A stretch of 64,000 nt of DNA, from assembly GCA_004022145.1 (NCBI GenBank), contig RCNU01000001.1. One strand, written 5' to 3'. Origin of the DNA: Paecilomyces variotii (Eukaryota). Below, piece after piece: positions 1 through 13,431 of this stretch. The notes beneath the pieces are model-generated. The model ran no database searches and was not told where the DNA came from. It worked only from the letters and a program-made list of their open reading frames with translations. The translations under genes were made by a program, and so were the position numbers. Position 1 is the first letter of the stretch. The number at the start of each line of letters is the position of its first letter.

Positions 1-500
1 CGCAGCTGAAGGCCTGCGAGTCCACGGACTGGCAATGTCTGTGTGATCAGAGCACCAACGTCTTGACGTAAGATACCCCTTCATTCATACTGTGGACGGG
101 GATACCTTTATCTTCGGTCTCATTCAGTTGATGTGGACTGACGTATTATCCTTCCAACAGCTGCTACAACAACTGCCCTGGTGACCCAGACCAGTTCGGT
201 GCTCAGCAGACCAAGGAGTCGTACTGTAACGCCGCCAAGGCGTACGGCACCAGCAGCAGTACCAGCGCCAGCAAGACTCCTGGCGCATCTGCCACACATG
301 CTTCATCGACTGGTGCCACTGTTGCTCAGGTGACCAGCAGCGTTGACGGTTCCAACGCAGAGGCTACCGGCACCTCGACTAGCACCGGCTCTTTCTCTTC
401 CTCTACCTCTGAGTCTTCCAAGAACGCCGCTTCCGGACTGACAGTTGAGGCTGGCAGCCTGGCTGCTGCTGTGCTTATTGGCCTTGGCGCTATGCTGTAA
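1..500 (+). CDS. GPI-anchored Cys-rich (CFEM-like) Ser/Thr-rich cell-surface protein, 3' part (5' end outside window)
   Basis: Manual translation QLKACESTDWQCLCDQSTNVLT, intron 68-160 (GTAAGA..CAG), then CYNNCPGDPDQFGAQQTKESYC, an S/T-rich stalk and a hydrophobic tail GSLAAAVLIGLGAML ending at TAA 498-500. Not in the ORF track. Confidence 0.8.
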
Positions 501-1985
501 GAAGCATAGATACCAGCGTCAACTGGGAGGGGGCTTGAGCAGTAATTAGCTTTTTCTTTCGGGATCAGAAATATGGCACGAAAACAATAAGTTGTCCCTG
601 TGACCATGTAATGTGATTTTACACTGGTCCAGGACATGGTTATGACAATATTTACTTCACTCGCATAATGTGTACTCAATATACAAGATACTATATATGA
701 TAATTGGATTTTCACTTCATTGACGGTGTTCTGTTCAACTATGGTAGTACTGCAGTTTTCTCCTTCAAATCCGCCAGACCAACTACTGATCTGTGACAAG
801 CATCGGGCGATCACAACCGCTCGCAGTGGAGCAGTGGCAAGTGCTCTCTGCTGATCTTCTGCGGGTCTGACCATAGCGGTGCGAGCCTATATTAATGTTA
901 TATATACTTTTCATCAGTTGTGATAGTTTTGTTTATCACATTCTTAGCTTGACTTAGTTTTCTACTTAACCTTTTTTCCTCCTTAATATTCAGCAATGTA
1001 TAGCCTATCTAGCAAACCTAGATTTTTTTTATAGATAATGAAGAAAACTAAGCCACCGCTACGACTGTTTATTACTGACTGCATATACAACAACTGCACG
1101 TTGGCACCTTATAGGAACGTTCGTGCAGCATAACAAGGCCAGCATGACCTGAAGAATAAGCATCAAGGAGAAGTAAGCATGACCACCTGCAGGGAATTCC
1201 GCATGCGGGAAAACGGAGACTATGGAGGATCTGCCATGGGGTATTAATAGAAAAAAGTAGACAAAATCGCGACGGGAGTGATATATCTGAGACATACATC
1301 AACTCTTTCTCTCTTTTGCTGTCTCTTGCAGCGAAGATCAGAACGATGTAACTTGAAATGGTAACTCTGAACTGGGTAAGCTTTCCCTTCACTCCAGGAG
1401 ATTAATCCCTCCTAAATACCTAGGTAGGTATCTAGTTAACTACCGCACCCCAATCCTCAATAAATGTAAATAATCTTCACCTGTTTATCTAAACTAATTT
1501 ACCCCATGTAGAGGCTGGAGTGAGATCATTCGAAGGTCTGTCAAGCATTCAGTTGATTCTGCAGTGTCGCGAGTGGACCTGTGCGATACAAGCCTACCTA
1601 ACTACTTAGCGCATGACAAGCTGGCCAACTCATGCTTCCATGCATGCAGCGTGGTTAGCTTTCCACATACGTACATTAGAATGCAGGTTGGTTTAGTAAC
1701 TATTGACTTATTTGAGCTGGTGTGAGTGAGATTGATATGACTGTATGTACATAGATGCGGGGAAGGTCCATTTCAGAAGTATGGGAGTATGGATCGGATA
1801 ATATTGGGACAGACTATCAAGCGCTTCCTGTCTCTGGCCTGAAGGCCTGTGAGTGGCTGTCTGTCTTCGCTGTGTGGGTAAAGAAAACCTTTATAGGGAA
1901 AAAAGTGGATTCAATCTATTGTTCCTAATTCCATAATAATACCTTTATATGCGGATGGAGTGATAAAATAACATCAACGGATTTT

Positions 1986-3233
1986 TCACTTCCTACCTAT
2001 AGGCACACGCGCCTTATTGGGACGTTTGCCTGGAATTCCAATATAAGCCTTGAACACTCCACCACTGTACCGCTTCGATTCCGGGTACTTGTCAACTTCC
2101 GGATCAGCTTCGCTTGTAATGTAGATATCCTCTCCTGCGATAACAGCGCACTGATATTCAGTGGTTAGTAAGGTCCTTGAAATAAAACCACGCGAGAAGG
2201 CGATAATCGAAAACGAAAACGAAAAGCGAAAGATAACTTACTGTAGGACACCGAGTTGGCACCTTAATCTCAGCGGTAACTTTGCCTTCAGGGTTGACGC
2301 GGACAACCTTCCAACCACCCCAGATGGCAACCCAGATGTTGCCCTCGACGTCCATAGCGTGGCCATCGGGAGCACAGCCCTCCTCTTCAACGCGGAAGAA
2401 GACACGCTTATTGGAGATGTTACCCGTGGCGGCATCAAAGTCATAAGCGTAGATGGTCTGGGCTCCGGAGTCCGTGAAGTACATGGTCTTATCATCTAGA
2501 CTCCAGCTGGTACCGTTGGGGATGGTGAGTCCCTCGACCATGCGATGGAAGGATCCATCTGTATCGAGTCTGAACAGGACTCCTGGATTCATCGTTAATA
2601 TGCTAAGAATTAAATCTCCAAGAGATAATAGGGAATGTATATAGGAGAAAAATGCCATACCAACTGGTTCCAACTTGGTGATCGACGGATCGTTGAATGC
2701 GCTGACCCAGAATCGACCCTGGCTGTCAATCGCACCATCGTTGGCTCTCATCCGCTCCTCATTACCCTTTTCGACCTCTTCCGGAGTCCAGAAGCGCTGG
2801 ATGTAGCGGTATTTGCTACTGTGCTTCTCGGCGACACCGACTCCATGCTTACCGCCAAAGAGGATCTTATCCTCTACTCCCTCCAGATCGCAAGTTACTC
2901 TGTCGAGCAAGTCAGTCAAAATACAGACTCTCAACATTGATATAAAGAGGCTATAGGCATGATGTCTCTGGAGATCGACCTACCCGATAGAGTATTCATA
3001 TTCGTGGTGGCGTGCGGACGCCGGGCCGACGGTCAAGTCGACATACCAGATCGATTTGTTCATGATATCCACAAAGCGGAGGACATTCTTGTTCTCTTCC
3101 CAGAAAGGGCCCTCGCCGAGTCCGCAATGGATATCGAGATACGGCTTCAATCAGCTCTCGTCAGCACCTTATTACTCTATGTGGCCAATGACGTTGACGC
3201 GATCTTTGTTACCTCTGCTGTTATGGTCTTCAT
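1986..3233 (-). CDS. SMP-30/gluconolactonase/regucalcin family protein (multi-exon)
   Basis: ATG 3233 (MKTITAE), then PYLDIHCGLGEGPFW, RANDGAIDSQGRFW, IPNGTSWS..MYFTDS, PDGHAMDVEGNIWVAIWGG; stop TGA 1986-1988. Confidence 0.9.
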
Positions 3234-4334
3234 TTTTGCGACTGTTGTAGATCAAATGAAACGGTTTCTCGGGCGGGAATAGACTGGTAGAAGAAGGAAA
3301 TGTCAATGACTATGTTACTTTCCTCAAAGGCTCACGCTGACGGGAATGAATCAAATGATGTGTTGTTGGCAATTTGACTTCATCGCCAACTCTCCTATTT
3401 AAATAAATTACCCAGTAACGTAACTTAGTAACTTAATTAAGTACTGTACTTACTCCACTGCTATTCTTGGTTTGGTTAGTTGAGAGGGAAAAAAAAGAGC
3501 AGCAGATGACGGACCGTGCAACCGTGCCGTGTCCATAAGATCTGAGATAGAAAGAAATCCCCATGCCCATGGATTGAATTGCTTTTGTCTTGTCGTGGAT
3601 GTGATATCATTATTATACCGTATTGTGGTGAGAATTCCTCCCGTTCCGAATACTTACAAGGTTCTGGCCACGTCCACTGGGCCTTTTTTTTTGGAGATGC
3701 AATTTGAGAAACTAATATAACTATCGATTATCTGTTATTGTGGCTAATGCAGCTAGTTACTACACACAAAATACTATTGCCTTCGACCTCGTACAACAGT
3801 CGTGAGTGTGCATACAAACGAAATACAGTCAATCCCAACAACCCCGCGGAAGAAACTTACCGAGGGGTTACAGTATTACTTACCGATCGCTTCATACTTC
3901 ACTTGACCTCCCAATAAGGACCGCCACGGAATTCCATCTGTTAATCAAAATACCCAGAGAATAAACTGGAAAGAGCAGATCCATGAGTATATATTCCGCA
4001 ACTGTCTCCTACAGGGTGAACTGTCTATCGTGGAGAGCTATTTAATACTATCTGACTTCGGACATTTATACTCCGTACCCCTCCCCCGCAATGAATTTAG
4101 CCACGATGGCTTGCGGGTCTGGCCTTCTGGGCCATGTTGTTATCTTCAGATCTTGCTGTTCACGGTAGACACCATAGATGAAATAACATATCATATCATA
4201 TCACCGGACTTTCGATTCTAGATACGTCTTTCGGGGAACATCCTTCCATTGGAGTTTGTTTAAGTCTTCAATTCCTATTCCATTAACTACGTACATACAT
4301 ATCCCACATCAGTGATATTTACCTCAATCCAACA

Positions 4335-5361
4335 ATGGCCAGTAAAGGAACCTGCAACTTCTTCCAACGCCCATATGAAGGCAAATTAGGAATCATAACA
4401 GGCGGTTCACGAGGTAAAGCAAAAACAAAAGCATGATCAGAGAATCCTCGGATCTCATTTTCTCAGGAAATTTCTCCAGCTAACAAACACAAACAACCCA
4501 GGAATCGGCGCCGCCGTCGCCAAACGTCTCGCTACAAAAGGCTGTAACCTTCTCCTCGTCTACACATCCGCATCCTCGAAACCCCTCACAGACCAAATCA
4601 CCACGGACCTCATCTCCTCGCACCAAATCCACGTCTCATCCGTCCAAGCGGATCTGTTGAACCCAGCTGAGGCCGCGCCGCGCATCGTCTCTGCCGCAAA
4701 GGACCTCTTCCGCTCTTACCATGCTAGCGAAGAGGATAAATTCCAGATCGACATCCTGATCAACAATGCAGGCGTGGCATCAAACCAGCTCCTGAACGAT
4801 AAGGAACATGGACCCGTTCAGCCGGAGGAGTTCAACCGCGTGTATGCGGTGAATGTGCTGGCGCCATTGCTTCTCACGCAGGCTGTTGAGCCGTATCTTC
4901 CCCACGACCGATCTGGTCGGATTGTCAATGTTTCCAGCGTCTCGTCCTCGATCGGATATGAAGGCCAGTCCGTGTATGCGGGGACGAAGGCTGCGCTGGA
5001 GGCCATGACGCGCTGCTGGAGCAGGGAGCTCGCGACCCGCGCGACTGTTAATGCGGTCAATCCGGGCCCGGCCTGGGGAGATATGTACGCGGGTGTTGGG
5101 CCGAAGTTCTGGAAGATCAATCAGCCGTACGTGGATGCGGCGCCGTTGGCGCAGTATAATGGTGAGGAGTGGGTGAAGGAGATGGCTGGGGAGGATGCGG
5201 AGAGATTTGATCGGTTGGTGAGGGAGGAGATGGGGGGTAGACGACCGGGGTTTACGACTGAGATCGCGGGGACGATTGATATGCTTTGTACGGAGGAGAG
5301 TGGGTGGACGACGGGTAGTGTGGTTTGTGCGAATGGTGGAATGAAGATGTCGATTGCGTAG
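4335..5361 (+). CDS. Short-chain dehydrogenase/reductase (classical SDR)
   Basis: ATG 4335; TGGSRG|IG split by an intron at ~4414-4501; NNAG; catalytic S and YAGTK; C-terminal WTTGSVVCANGG. Confidence 0.9.
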
Positions 5362-5588
5362 TCGAAATTTTATTAATCTTTACTCTGATGGTGCGTACAT
5401 TTGTGCGGATATGTCATTATACAGGCACGCGGTTGACATAGAGTAACTCTCATCATTGGATTTCCCAAGGAGGGCGATTATACAAACAATATATACATAT
5501 ACAACAATACAGCTCTGGGAATGTGTACGAACGATATATTATGACATCTATAATACAATCGAATAGGTACCTATCTTTTACAATAATC

Positions 5589-6445
5589 TTACATGACAGC
5601 AACAACTCCCGCTCCAACAACAGCGAGTCCCACCATAACCTTAGCATTGGCGCTCATCAGAGGCACAGCAGCGCCAGTACTGGTCGTCGAGTCAGCTGTG
5701 CCGGATGCCTTCGTTGACGTAGCGGAAGATCCACCCGAAGTTCTCGAAGCACTTGCTTGAGGACTCGAAGCCTGGCTAGCCACTGTAGGCGCCACTGATG
5801 CCGCAGTGCTGGCGGATGCCGCTCCAGTAGCAGATGCAGATGCAGAAACCGGGGTGGTAGAACCCGCTGTAACAGTGACAGGAAGGAGGTGGATATCAGA
5901 CGCAGCCAAAGTCTCAGTGCTGACGCCCGGAAAGTTGGCGCCCGTTCCACTCATAGAACTTGTGCAGATAGCAGAGGTAGTTCCGCCCATGGAGCAGAAA
6001 ACACCTCCATAGCTGGTGACAGTCGACAGTGTCAGTAACCTGCACACCCGCATATCCGCAAGGACACATCTGCACTAAGCAAAAAGAGGTCCAACTTACA
6101 AGTCCTCCTCTGGCTCCTTTAACATCCACGCCGCTGTCTTCGGGCCCGAAATGAGCGTCATTCCCGGTCCCATGCCGCAATCCGAACCGTCTGTCCCAAC
6201 AGGACAAGTGAGATAATACGTCGTGGCAGCGGCATCCTATATATCAGAGAACAAAAATCATATCAGGTAATCATATAACAAAACATCGAATGCGCATTTC
6301 AATCTCAATGGGTGCTAACATTGCCGATAATAGAAGCCACCAAGGGCTGAGGATCCGTGTCGGGAATAAAGACTGATATGACGGACGACTGCGCAGATGC
6401 CAAGCCAAGCATGGCTAGGCTGGTAACGAACGTTTTGGCAGCCAT
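5589..6445 (-). CDS. Secreted, probably GPI-anchored Ser/Thr/Ala-rich protein
   Basis: Signal peptide MAAKTFVTSLAMLGLASAQ; two introns; TTYYLTCPVGTDGSDCG; S/T/A stalk; hydrophobic C-terminus VMVGLAVVGAGVVAVM. Confidence 0.8.
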
Positions 6446-7214
6446 GATTAGCTGAACTGAGAATGATCGACTTGGTGAACGAACGACGTAGTTGGATGAG
6501 GAGTAAACAAAGTCGACGGAGAGTCGCAGAACGCCGATTTAGATATATTCACTTTTTGGAGGCAACCATCGGGGAAGAAACGACACAATGTCCGAGCAGG
6601 AAAAGGGAGAATGCTAAAAAAAGGCAAAAAAAGTACAAAACGGGGCAGTCCGTCGGTCTGGGCCGGCTGGGCGCGACTTGTGGCGTGGCGATTTTATCCA
6701 GTAGTCAGGAGCATAGAACAATCAAAAACTGATTCTTCTGCGGTAACCGAGAACATCAAAATAATCTTCAGCCCAGTGGCTTTTCCCAAGATCTTTACCA
6801 GCGCTACCTAGCGACTGAACTTCAAAATTAACGTCGACTTCAGATAAATCGGGATTATCTTGGGAGGGAGTCTGGGAGATGTTGTAAGCACAAGCAAAAA
6901 CTTGTAGAGCATGTAGCTGCCGAGACATGCAACACAAAGTGTACAACCAATCGCACATAAACCGAAATGAAGAATCCGGTGTGGATATCAACGTTGTCAC
7001 TGTGATCGCAGAATGACCCCCATCCACCTGTCAGAGAGAAAGAAAGAAAAGAAAAGAAACAGAATTAAAAAACAATATTCAATAAATCTTCAGAATCCCT
7101 TATGTTCATTGTAGCCACAATCAGGGCTTGGGTATCTAGCATAATATAAACAGAGAAATATGTCGTCACGGAAATCTAAAAAGCATAATCATATCAACAG
7201 AGAAACGAAGCGTG

Positions 7215-9080
7215 TTATTGAGGCAGGAGTTGATAATCAAATCGCGAGAGACAGCGTTGGAAACAGCCGATCATCTTTGATAGAGGCGGCCGATTCCGGG
7301 CTTTCCAGAGCATAATCAGGATTGCTGCGAAAAGACAAACTGACAACAAGGACTGCTGCAGAGAAGGGATATCCTGGGTGATAGGCTCGAGCAATGTTCC
7401 GGAAGCCTAAGCCACTGGAGTCAGCATGAGGCACACGAGAGACTACAGCAGGAAAATAGCTGCATGGGAGCAGAGAAGAGCTGTTGTAGTTGTACAGTAC
7501 ACTACTTACCATTTGTCCCGTTCTAGCATCAATCACCCTCGAATAACCCAATATCACGCCGTCAATATCCACAGCAGCAAATCGAAGATAACACTCGTCC
7601 AGATCCTCCGGCAGCTCTATGCTCGTCTCGAAGCTTTCCTTAGTCGTATAACCGATCGAATCATACTCTTCCTCCGTAGCGTGAGGGTAAGGTGCCGTCT
7701 GTGTAATCCAACCCGCGACTTCAGTCGCACCGTTCCAGCTCACGTAGGCTGTTCCAATATCCACATCCATTTCCACATCGGGTGGGTAATTTGGCATCCC
7801 TACCCACGGGCTCTTGAAGGCACGATACGATTTCACCCACCCGAGATTGAAGAACATTGAGGGTCCAAAATGGACGTCGCATAAGATCTGCCCGTCGGGT
7901 GTGAATTCGGTATATGCGGACGTGTGACCCCAGCCGACAAAGACGTGACCGCTCTCTGGCATGATCTGGACTGAACCCTGTGAGCCGCTGATAAATCCCT
8001 GAGGGCTTCTGTATTCATGTACAAGCGTCGCCGTCATATGGTCTAGATCAAGGGAGACAATCATTCCGCGACTATACTCTGCTGTTATTATCGATCTATC
8101 ATCAGCGCCATTGTCGAATATTGTCAACGTGTTGTTGGGATACCAGTTGACATGATGCTGCCAGCTGAAGTTCGACGCAGCGCCTCCTGACAGATCCTTG
8201 AAGCTGCTTCTCTTTCCACCGAGCACCCAGAGAACGTCCCCAGACGGACTGATACAGGTCACTGTATGCATGTATCGAGAAGAGATGTAGTAGTTGCCAT
8301 CCGGATCTTTGTCCACGCTGTTGATGTGGAAATAGTCGAACGCTTTGTCTTTCCTAGAGCCCTTGTCGCCTATGGGAGCATACGTCTCTTCGACGGGGTA
8401 GAAGCTGGAAGCTCGCCATTCGAAAATGACATCTCCAGTTTCAATGTCGATCTCCATGAATAGACCATCGTAGATCCAACCATTGCGAGACTTCCCTAGC
8501 GGGGAAAGGTCTGCGGGGATGATTTCGTAAACCGTTACCAGAGCGGTGCCATTATCCGTAAGCTTGAATTCGTGCAGATCTCCATCTAGTGCACCAGGTA
8601 CTTCTACCGTGTATGCTACCTCGTACGACGAATCCAGCTACCATCCGTCAGTATAGATCAAGAGGGCTATGGCTCTCCGCTTTAGATAAGAGTCAAACTG
8701 ACCATATAGTAAATGCCTCGACCATGGGTCCCATCGTCGGTTCCACACCAGAATGTCAGATAATTTTCTCCCTTATACTGCTGCACCTTCATATCCATCA
8801 CCTCCCCGAAGCGTCCCTCCGTCCAGACGAGCTCACCCGTATAATCCAGTATTAGCGGGCCCGGGGCCGGGACAGCATGTCCGCGAGGCGTGAGGAGAAT
8901 ATAGTCATGGTCGCAGCGCTCATCCCATTGCAGAACGTTCAATCGAGGCGCCTCTAGGTCGAACGACTCATAGCTATTCGCTGGATATGACCCAAGGACG
9001 CCGGCATCATACCAGAAGTTGTACCATGATTCACAGCTGGAGATCAATGGTAGGGCAAGCAGCACTACCAACAACAACAT
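7215..9080 (-). CDS. Arylsulfotransferase (ASST)-like protein, secreted, with C-terminal membrane anchor
   Basis: Signal peptide MLLLVVLLALPLISSC; DLHEF, DYFHINSVDKD, WQHH, SQGSVQ, GWG, YRAFK, SWNGATEV motifs. A last exon after an intron at ~7408-7509 gives a TM helix (LLSVCLFAAILIMLW) and stop at 7215. Confidence 0.82.
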
Positions 9081-11116
9081 CGCGCCAGCAGCGCGGCATC
9101 GGATACGCAGAAACTCTCACAGAGAGAATGCTGCTCCCCCAGCGCTATTAAAAGGAGAAATTTCTCAGAAGCGCGCCGGCGCGATGGGAACAGAATCGAA
9201 CGGCACCTGCATCTACAGGAACTAAGGCATCGCACCGCCACATCGGCACGTCTTCCGCTCTTATAGACGGTTCCTCTTGAGGAGAGCACAGATATGAACG
9301 AGGCCCCATTATTAAGTACCACCGCTTACTCGGCAATCTCTCCAGACCTGTTGAAGAAGGGAGTCGACGTCAAGCACGAGGATAGTGGACTGTGGGCGAG
9401 CTGCCAAGACAGACGGCGCAGAGGAATTCCGCTCCAGACGAACGTAAACTAGACCTGTCCAGGGAGAGGTGTCGTGTGCACTCGATAACTCAATTGTTGA
9501 GAAGCCAGTTTTGCCATGTGGAATGTCTCATGGTTGGCCCGTTATGCTTCGGTCGCCCCATCACCAATCTGATCTAGAAGACGGTTAATATTTAGTTTTG
9601 TGGAGCAAGTATCAGGAGCGGTTATCTGGAGGCCGCTAGAGTATCTGGAAACCTGACGGACTGGTTCGACTCCCTTTCCTATAGATAGTGGACATCTTGC
9701 TGGGGTGCGTCTTGGCAGATGTAGCATGTCTGGGAACTGCCAACCAGGAGGTTCACGATGCTGGTCCATTCTTCGCTTATCAAGAGGAGATCTGAACGCT
9801 GAATCCTCAGTGCCTGGAAACGAGATCCGCCATCCGCCTGGAGAGCAAATCGAAACCGTAAGTGTGACGACGGCTTGCTCTTCCCCAAAAGGCGGGCTGT
9901 GCCAAGATGGCAGAAGTAAAGATGGATGAACGAGGCAAGTCAGTACGAGATAGTATCGATATCAAAACGCCACAATAGAGAATTCGCGAATCGACCAAGT
10001 CAAGTCAAAAAGAACAGCACAGATAATACAACATGTCCTTAAAGCGCGTCTTCCCTCCAACAGTATCCAGCTGCTGACAACTAGCAGGTCTCCGATCTGA
10101 CAATCGACGTTTCACGAAGTTCGCTATCGAGGCAAGGGGATAGAACATGGCTGGATGGCCATATCTGGCGTAGAGAAGAAGTGACTAACTATGCGTACTC
10201 CATAACTAACTAAAAGTCCCCGTAATTATTAGTAACTGTCTTTTCAACCAATTTGACTCAAATTATTATTAAACAGGTTAAGATTCTAAGCAGGACAAAA
10301 TGGCCAAAACCAAACTATGGTATATGTTGAATGTTCGGACCTCCGAGTCGGACTCCGTCACACCCGGTACTTACCTAGTTAAGTATCGCAGTACTTAGGA
10401 AAATTGCATCTTGGATATCCCACCCGCATTCCTCGCAGAAATCCGATTCGTTACACGATCCCAGTGATTCCAACATGATCGAATTTTCACGAGATGATCT
10501 ACGAAAGTACGTAGAACAATCTTTACCATAGCCATTATATTCACTGATAAGAACAAGATAACATTGCACCGACGGAGCTTCCGACAAGGCCACGAATGAG
10601 ACGCGTGGCGTCTGAAGGCTGAGCCGGTAATTAACTTGAATAGTTCGCTTCTCGATTCACTGCCGAGATGACGTGGATAGGAAACTAGCTAGCTGTCTCT
10701 ACGGGAGAGATAGTAGTAGACTGTAGTTAACGCCAGTCAGAACCGAGTAAGTGAGGTCGATTGCGTCCCTGGATCGTAGTTGGGTGTATTTAAGTGATGT
10801 GATAAGACCTGAAAGTCCCTGCAGGAGAAAAGAGTATTACGCCAACATTGCTAGGACAAACATCTGTTTATAATATATTCCCTTCAAGATGTTATTTCTG
10901 GATCTGTGTGAATTCGGGAATGTTAATTGACCGCTTTACGTCTCTCTCAATATTCCCAAAGGTTCTGCCAAATGTTGAGGTGATTTCAACTATTCGCATA
11001 CAACATCTATATCCGTTCATGAATCAAACAACCAATAATATGCAAATACGCACTCAGGATGCTAATGAATCAGTAGTTCTGAGCAAAAGTAATAATACAA
11101 TGTCCAACCCATCTGA

Positions 11117-12389
11117 TTAATTATTCCTACCAGTCCTTCTCTTCTTCTTCTCATCGTTCTTCTCATACTTTTCTTTTCTCTTCCGTTTCTTCGCCTCCGG
11201 TTTTCTCTCTTCATTGTCTTCTTCTTTCCCTTTAGGACGAGCCTTGGGCGGGGTAGTAGTAGTGGTAGTAGTGGTCGTCTTAGTCGTAGTGCTCTTCCTC
11301 CTCCTCTTAGGCTCCCCAAAATACCCGGACAGATCAATATTCGCCAGCACAAACGCAACCTTCTCAACATCCACGACGGAAAAGATCCGTCTCTCATCTT
11401 CATCAGCACCATCCGGCTTCGCGGTCTTATTTAACCGTTCTCGGATCTCAAAGACCGCGTTCCATACGTTTCGGTATTCCGTCAGATTATATTTGATATT
11501 CAGCTCGCCATTGCTCTTTTTAGGCGGCTTCTTCTGCTCCCTGTCGTCTGCGTCATCATTATCGCTGTCATTCTCATCATCCCCGGTTCCTTTTCCTTCC
11601 TTTTCTTCCGCGGATGGGTAACAATCCAAACAAAGCCATTGGTAGATCTCATCACTGAAGAAAGGGACTTGGGTTTTAGTGTCTGATAGATATGTGCCTG
11701 CGCACAGGATGAGAGAAGCAGTAGCAGGACCAACGCCGCGCAGGGGTTCCGTAAGAGCGTCAAGACTGGCCTTGGGGAAGGCCGCGTCGGGATCATTGGC
11801 TGCAGACTCAGCGGTTGGGAGAGCCGCATATGCAGCGGCCGTACTCTTTCGAATGAGAGATGCTTGGTTTGATTTCACAAGGCCTTGAAGCGTGGGACGG
11901 AAGACGCCGTGTTTTCTGTATCCCGATTCATTAGAATGGTCATTAAATTTCCACACCCAGACGAAAAGAAAGAAAGAAAAAATCATAGAACATCGAAACA
12001 AAGGCCGGAAAAAAAACTCACAACTTCCAATCCATCAACTGAACCAACTCCTCTTTCTCTATGAACAGCCCATCCTTCCCATTCTCTTCCCTTCCCCTCA
12101 CTTTACCAGGTAAAACTTCATACCGCCACTTATCCAACTTCAAGAACGCATCCAAATCTTTCTCAACTTGCTTCTCCGGCACCACCACCTCAGGCACCAA
12201 ATCCTCTCCTCCTTTTTTTGCTTTCTTTTTACCGCCCTGATACTTGGTGTGTAATTTATCTCGATACACCTCTCGGATAGTGACCGGGTAGCATTTCAGA
12301 AGACGGCTGAATGTAGATCGGGTGATATCCTCGGGCTTGAAGGAGGGGATTATGTCGAAGGAAATGAATTCTTCTTCTTGTGTAGACAT
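11117..12389 (-). CDS. Conserved Amun-like protein with a helix-hairpin-helix-type motif
   Basis: Exons in ORFs 12018-12389 and 11117-12001 join as ..LMDWKL|KHGVFRPTL..; LRGVGPATASLIL HhH-like motif; acidic loop and Lys-rich tail. Confidence 0.7.
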
Positions 12390-13431
12390 GATGAGGTGGG
12401 AAGGGCGAATGGATGGTGGATGGATGGATTATGTGGTGAATGGGTCAGTCGAAGGAAAAGCAAAACAAAACAAAGTAAAAAGCACAAGGAGAGATAAATT
12501 GTCAGATCAGGCAAAAGCAAAATTGAAGCAAAATGATTTTCTCGAACGAGAATCGTTCCGAAATGGGGTAATATCAAGCACGAAAAAAAGTTGAAAAGGA
12601 CAAAAGGGACTTAAATGCGGTTGGATAATTTCTTTTATCCCCCTTCTGTGCATCAACCTCCAAGACCAAGATTAAACTTGGAGAAAGCGGTTAATAAGAA
12701 CGGCCAAGATAGACGGGTCTTATATGCAGGTCGAAGCACAATTGAATGGTCGTCTGGGCGATCTCTAAATACCCGCGAGACGCGGAAATGTCAAAAGTCA
12801 GACGTGAAGCCGGAACTGGCCAATCAGACGCATCTCAGAGACAGAGCGTCCTGCCGCACGAGAACATCATATCTCGATAACTGCCCGGTTGATTCCAGGG
12901 CATTGTGAAATGCTTACGAGATTCTTATTCTCTTTCGATTACAATCTTACAGTTCAGAGTTAAACAGTCTACAACACAGTTTCCACTGTCCCTCGTATGC
13001 AGGTATAGTTCATTAGAGATTGGAGGTACAGTAGTGTATGTTGGAGCACCACCGCAAAGGACAGAAAGACAAGCGTAAAGAGCGTTACATGCATGAAATA
13101 ATAAGAATACTGGCCCCGAAGTGAACAGTTGCAAATCAGACAAGTTCCGCACTCCCAGACCCAACCTGAACCCCGTATACCGATCCGATCCCAGCCATAA
13201 AGATAAGAAGAAAAAACGTGTCTTAGAAACGGTCATGCCCCCAAATCCCACTATACCACTGGGACAAAAGTAATAAAAAGCCATATGTAGAAGGAAAAGA
13301 GGAGAGAAAAAAGACAATTACAAGAAAAAGGGGTGCCTGTTGCTTTCAGCATCCAGGCTCAACCACGTCAGCAAAAAAAGAAGTGAAAATCTTAGAGTGA
13401 TCACCACACCAAGTGCTCACTTGTACGGCTA

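Noticed and set aside
326..874. 182-aa minus-strand ORF
   Set aside because: Largely antisense to the GPI/CFEM-like gene and its 3' UTR; no protein-like features.
9600..9690. GGTTCGACTCC, a tRNA B-box/T-loop-like motif
   Set aside because: The flanks do not form a T-stem, and there is no acceptor stem or convincing A-box.
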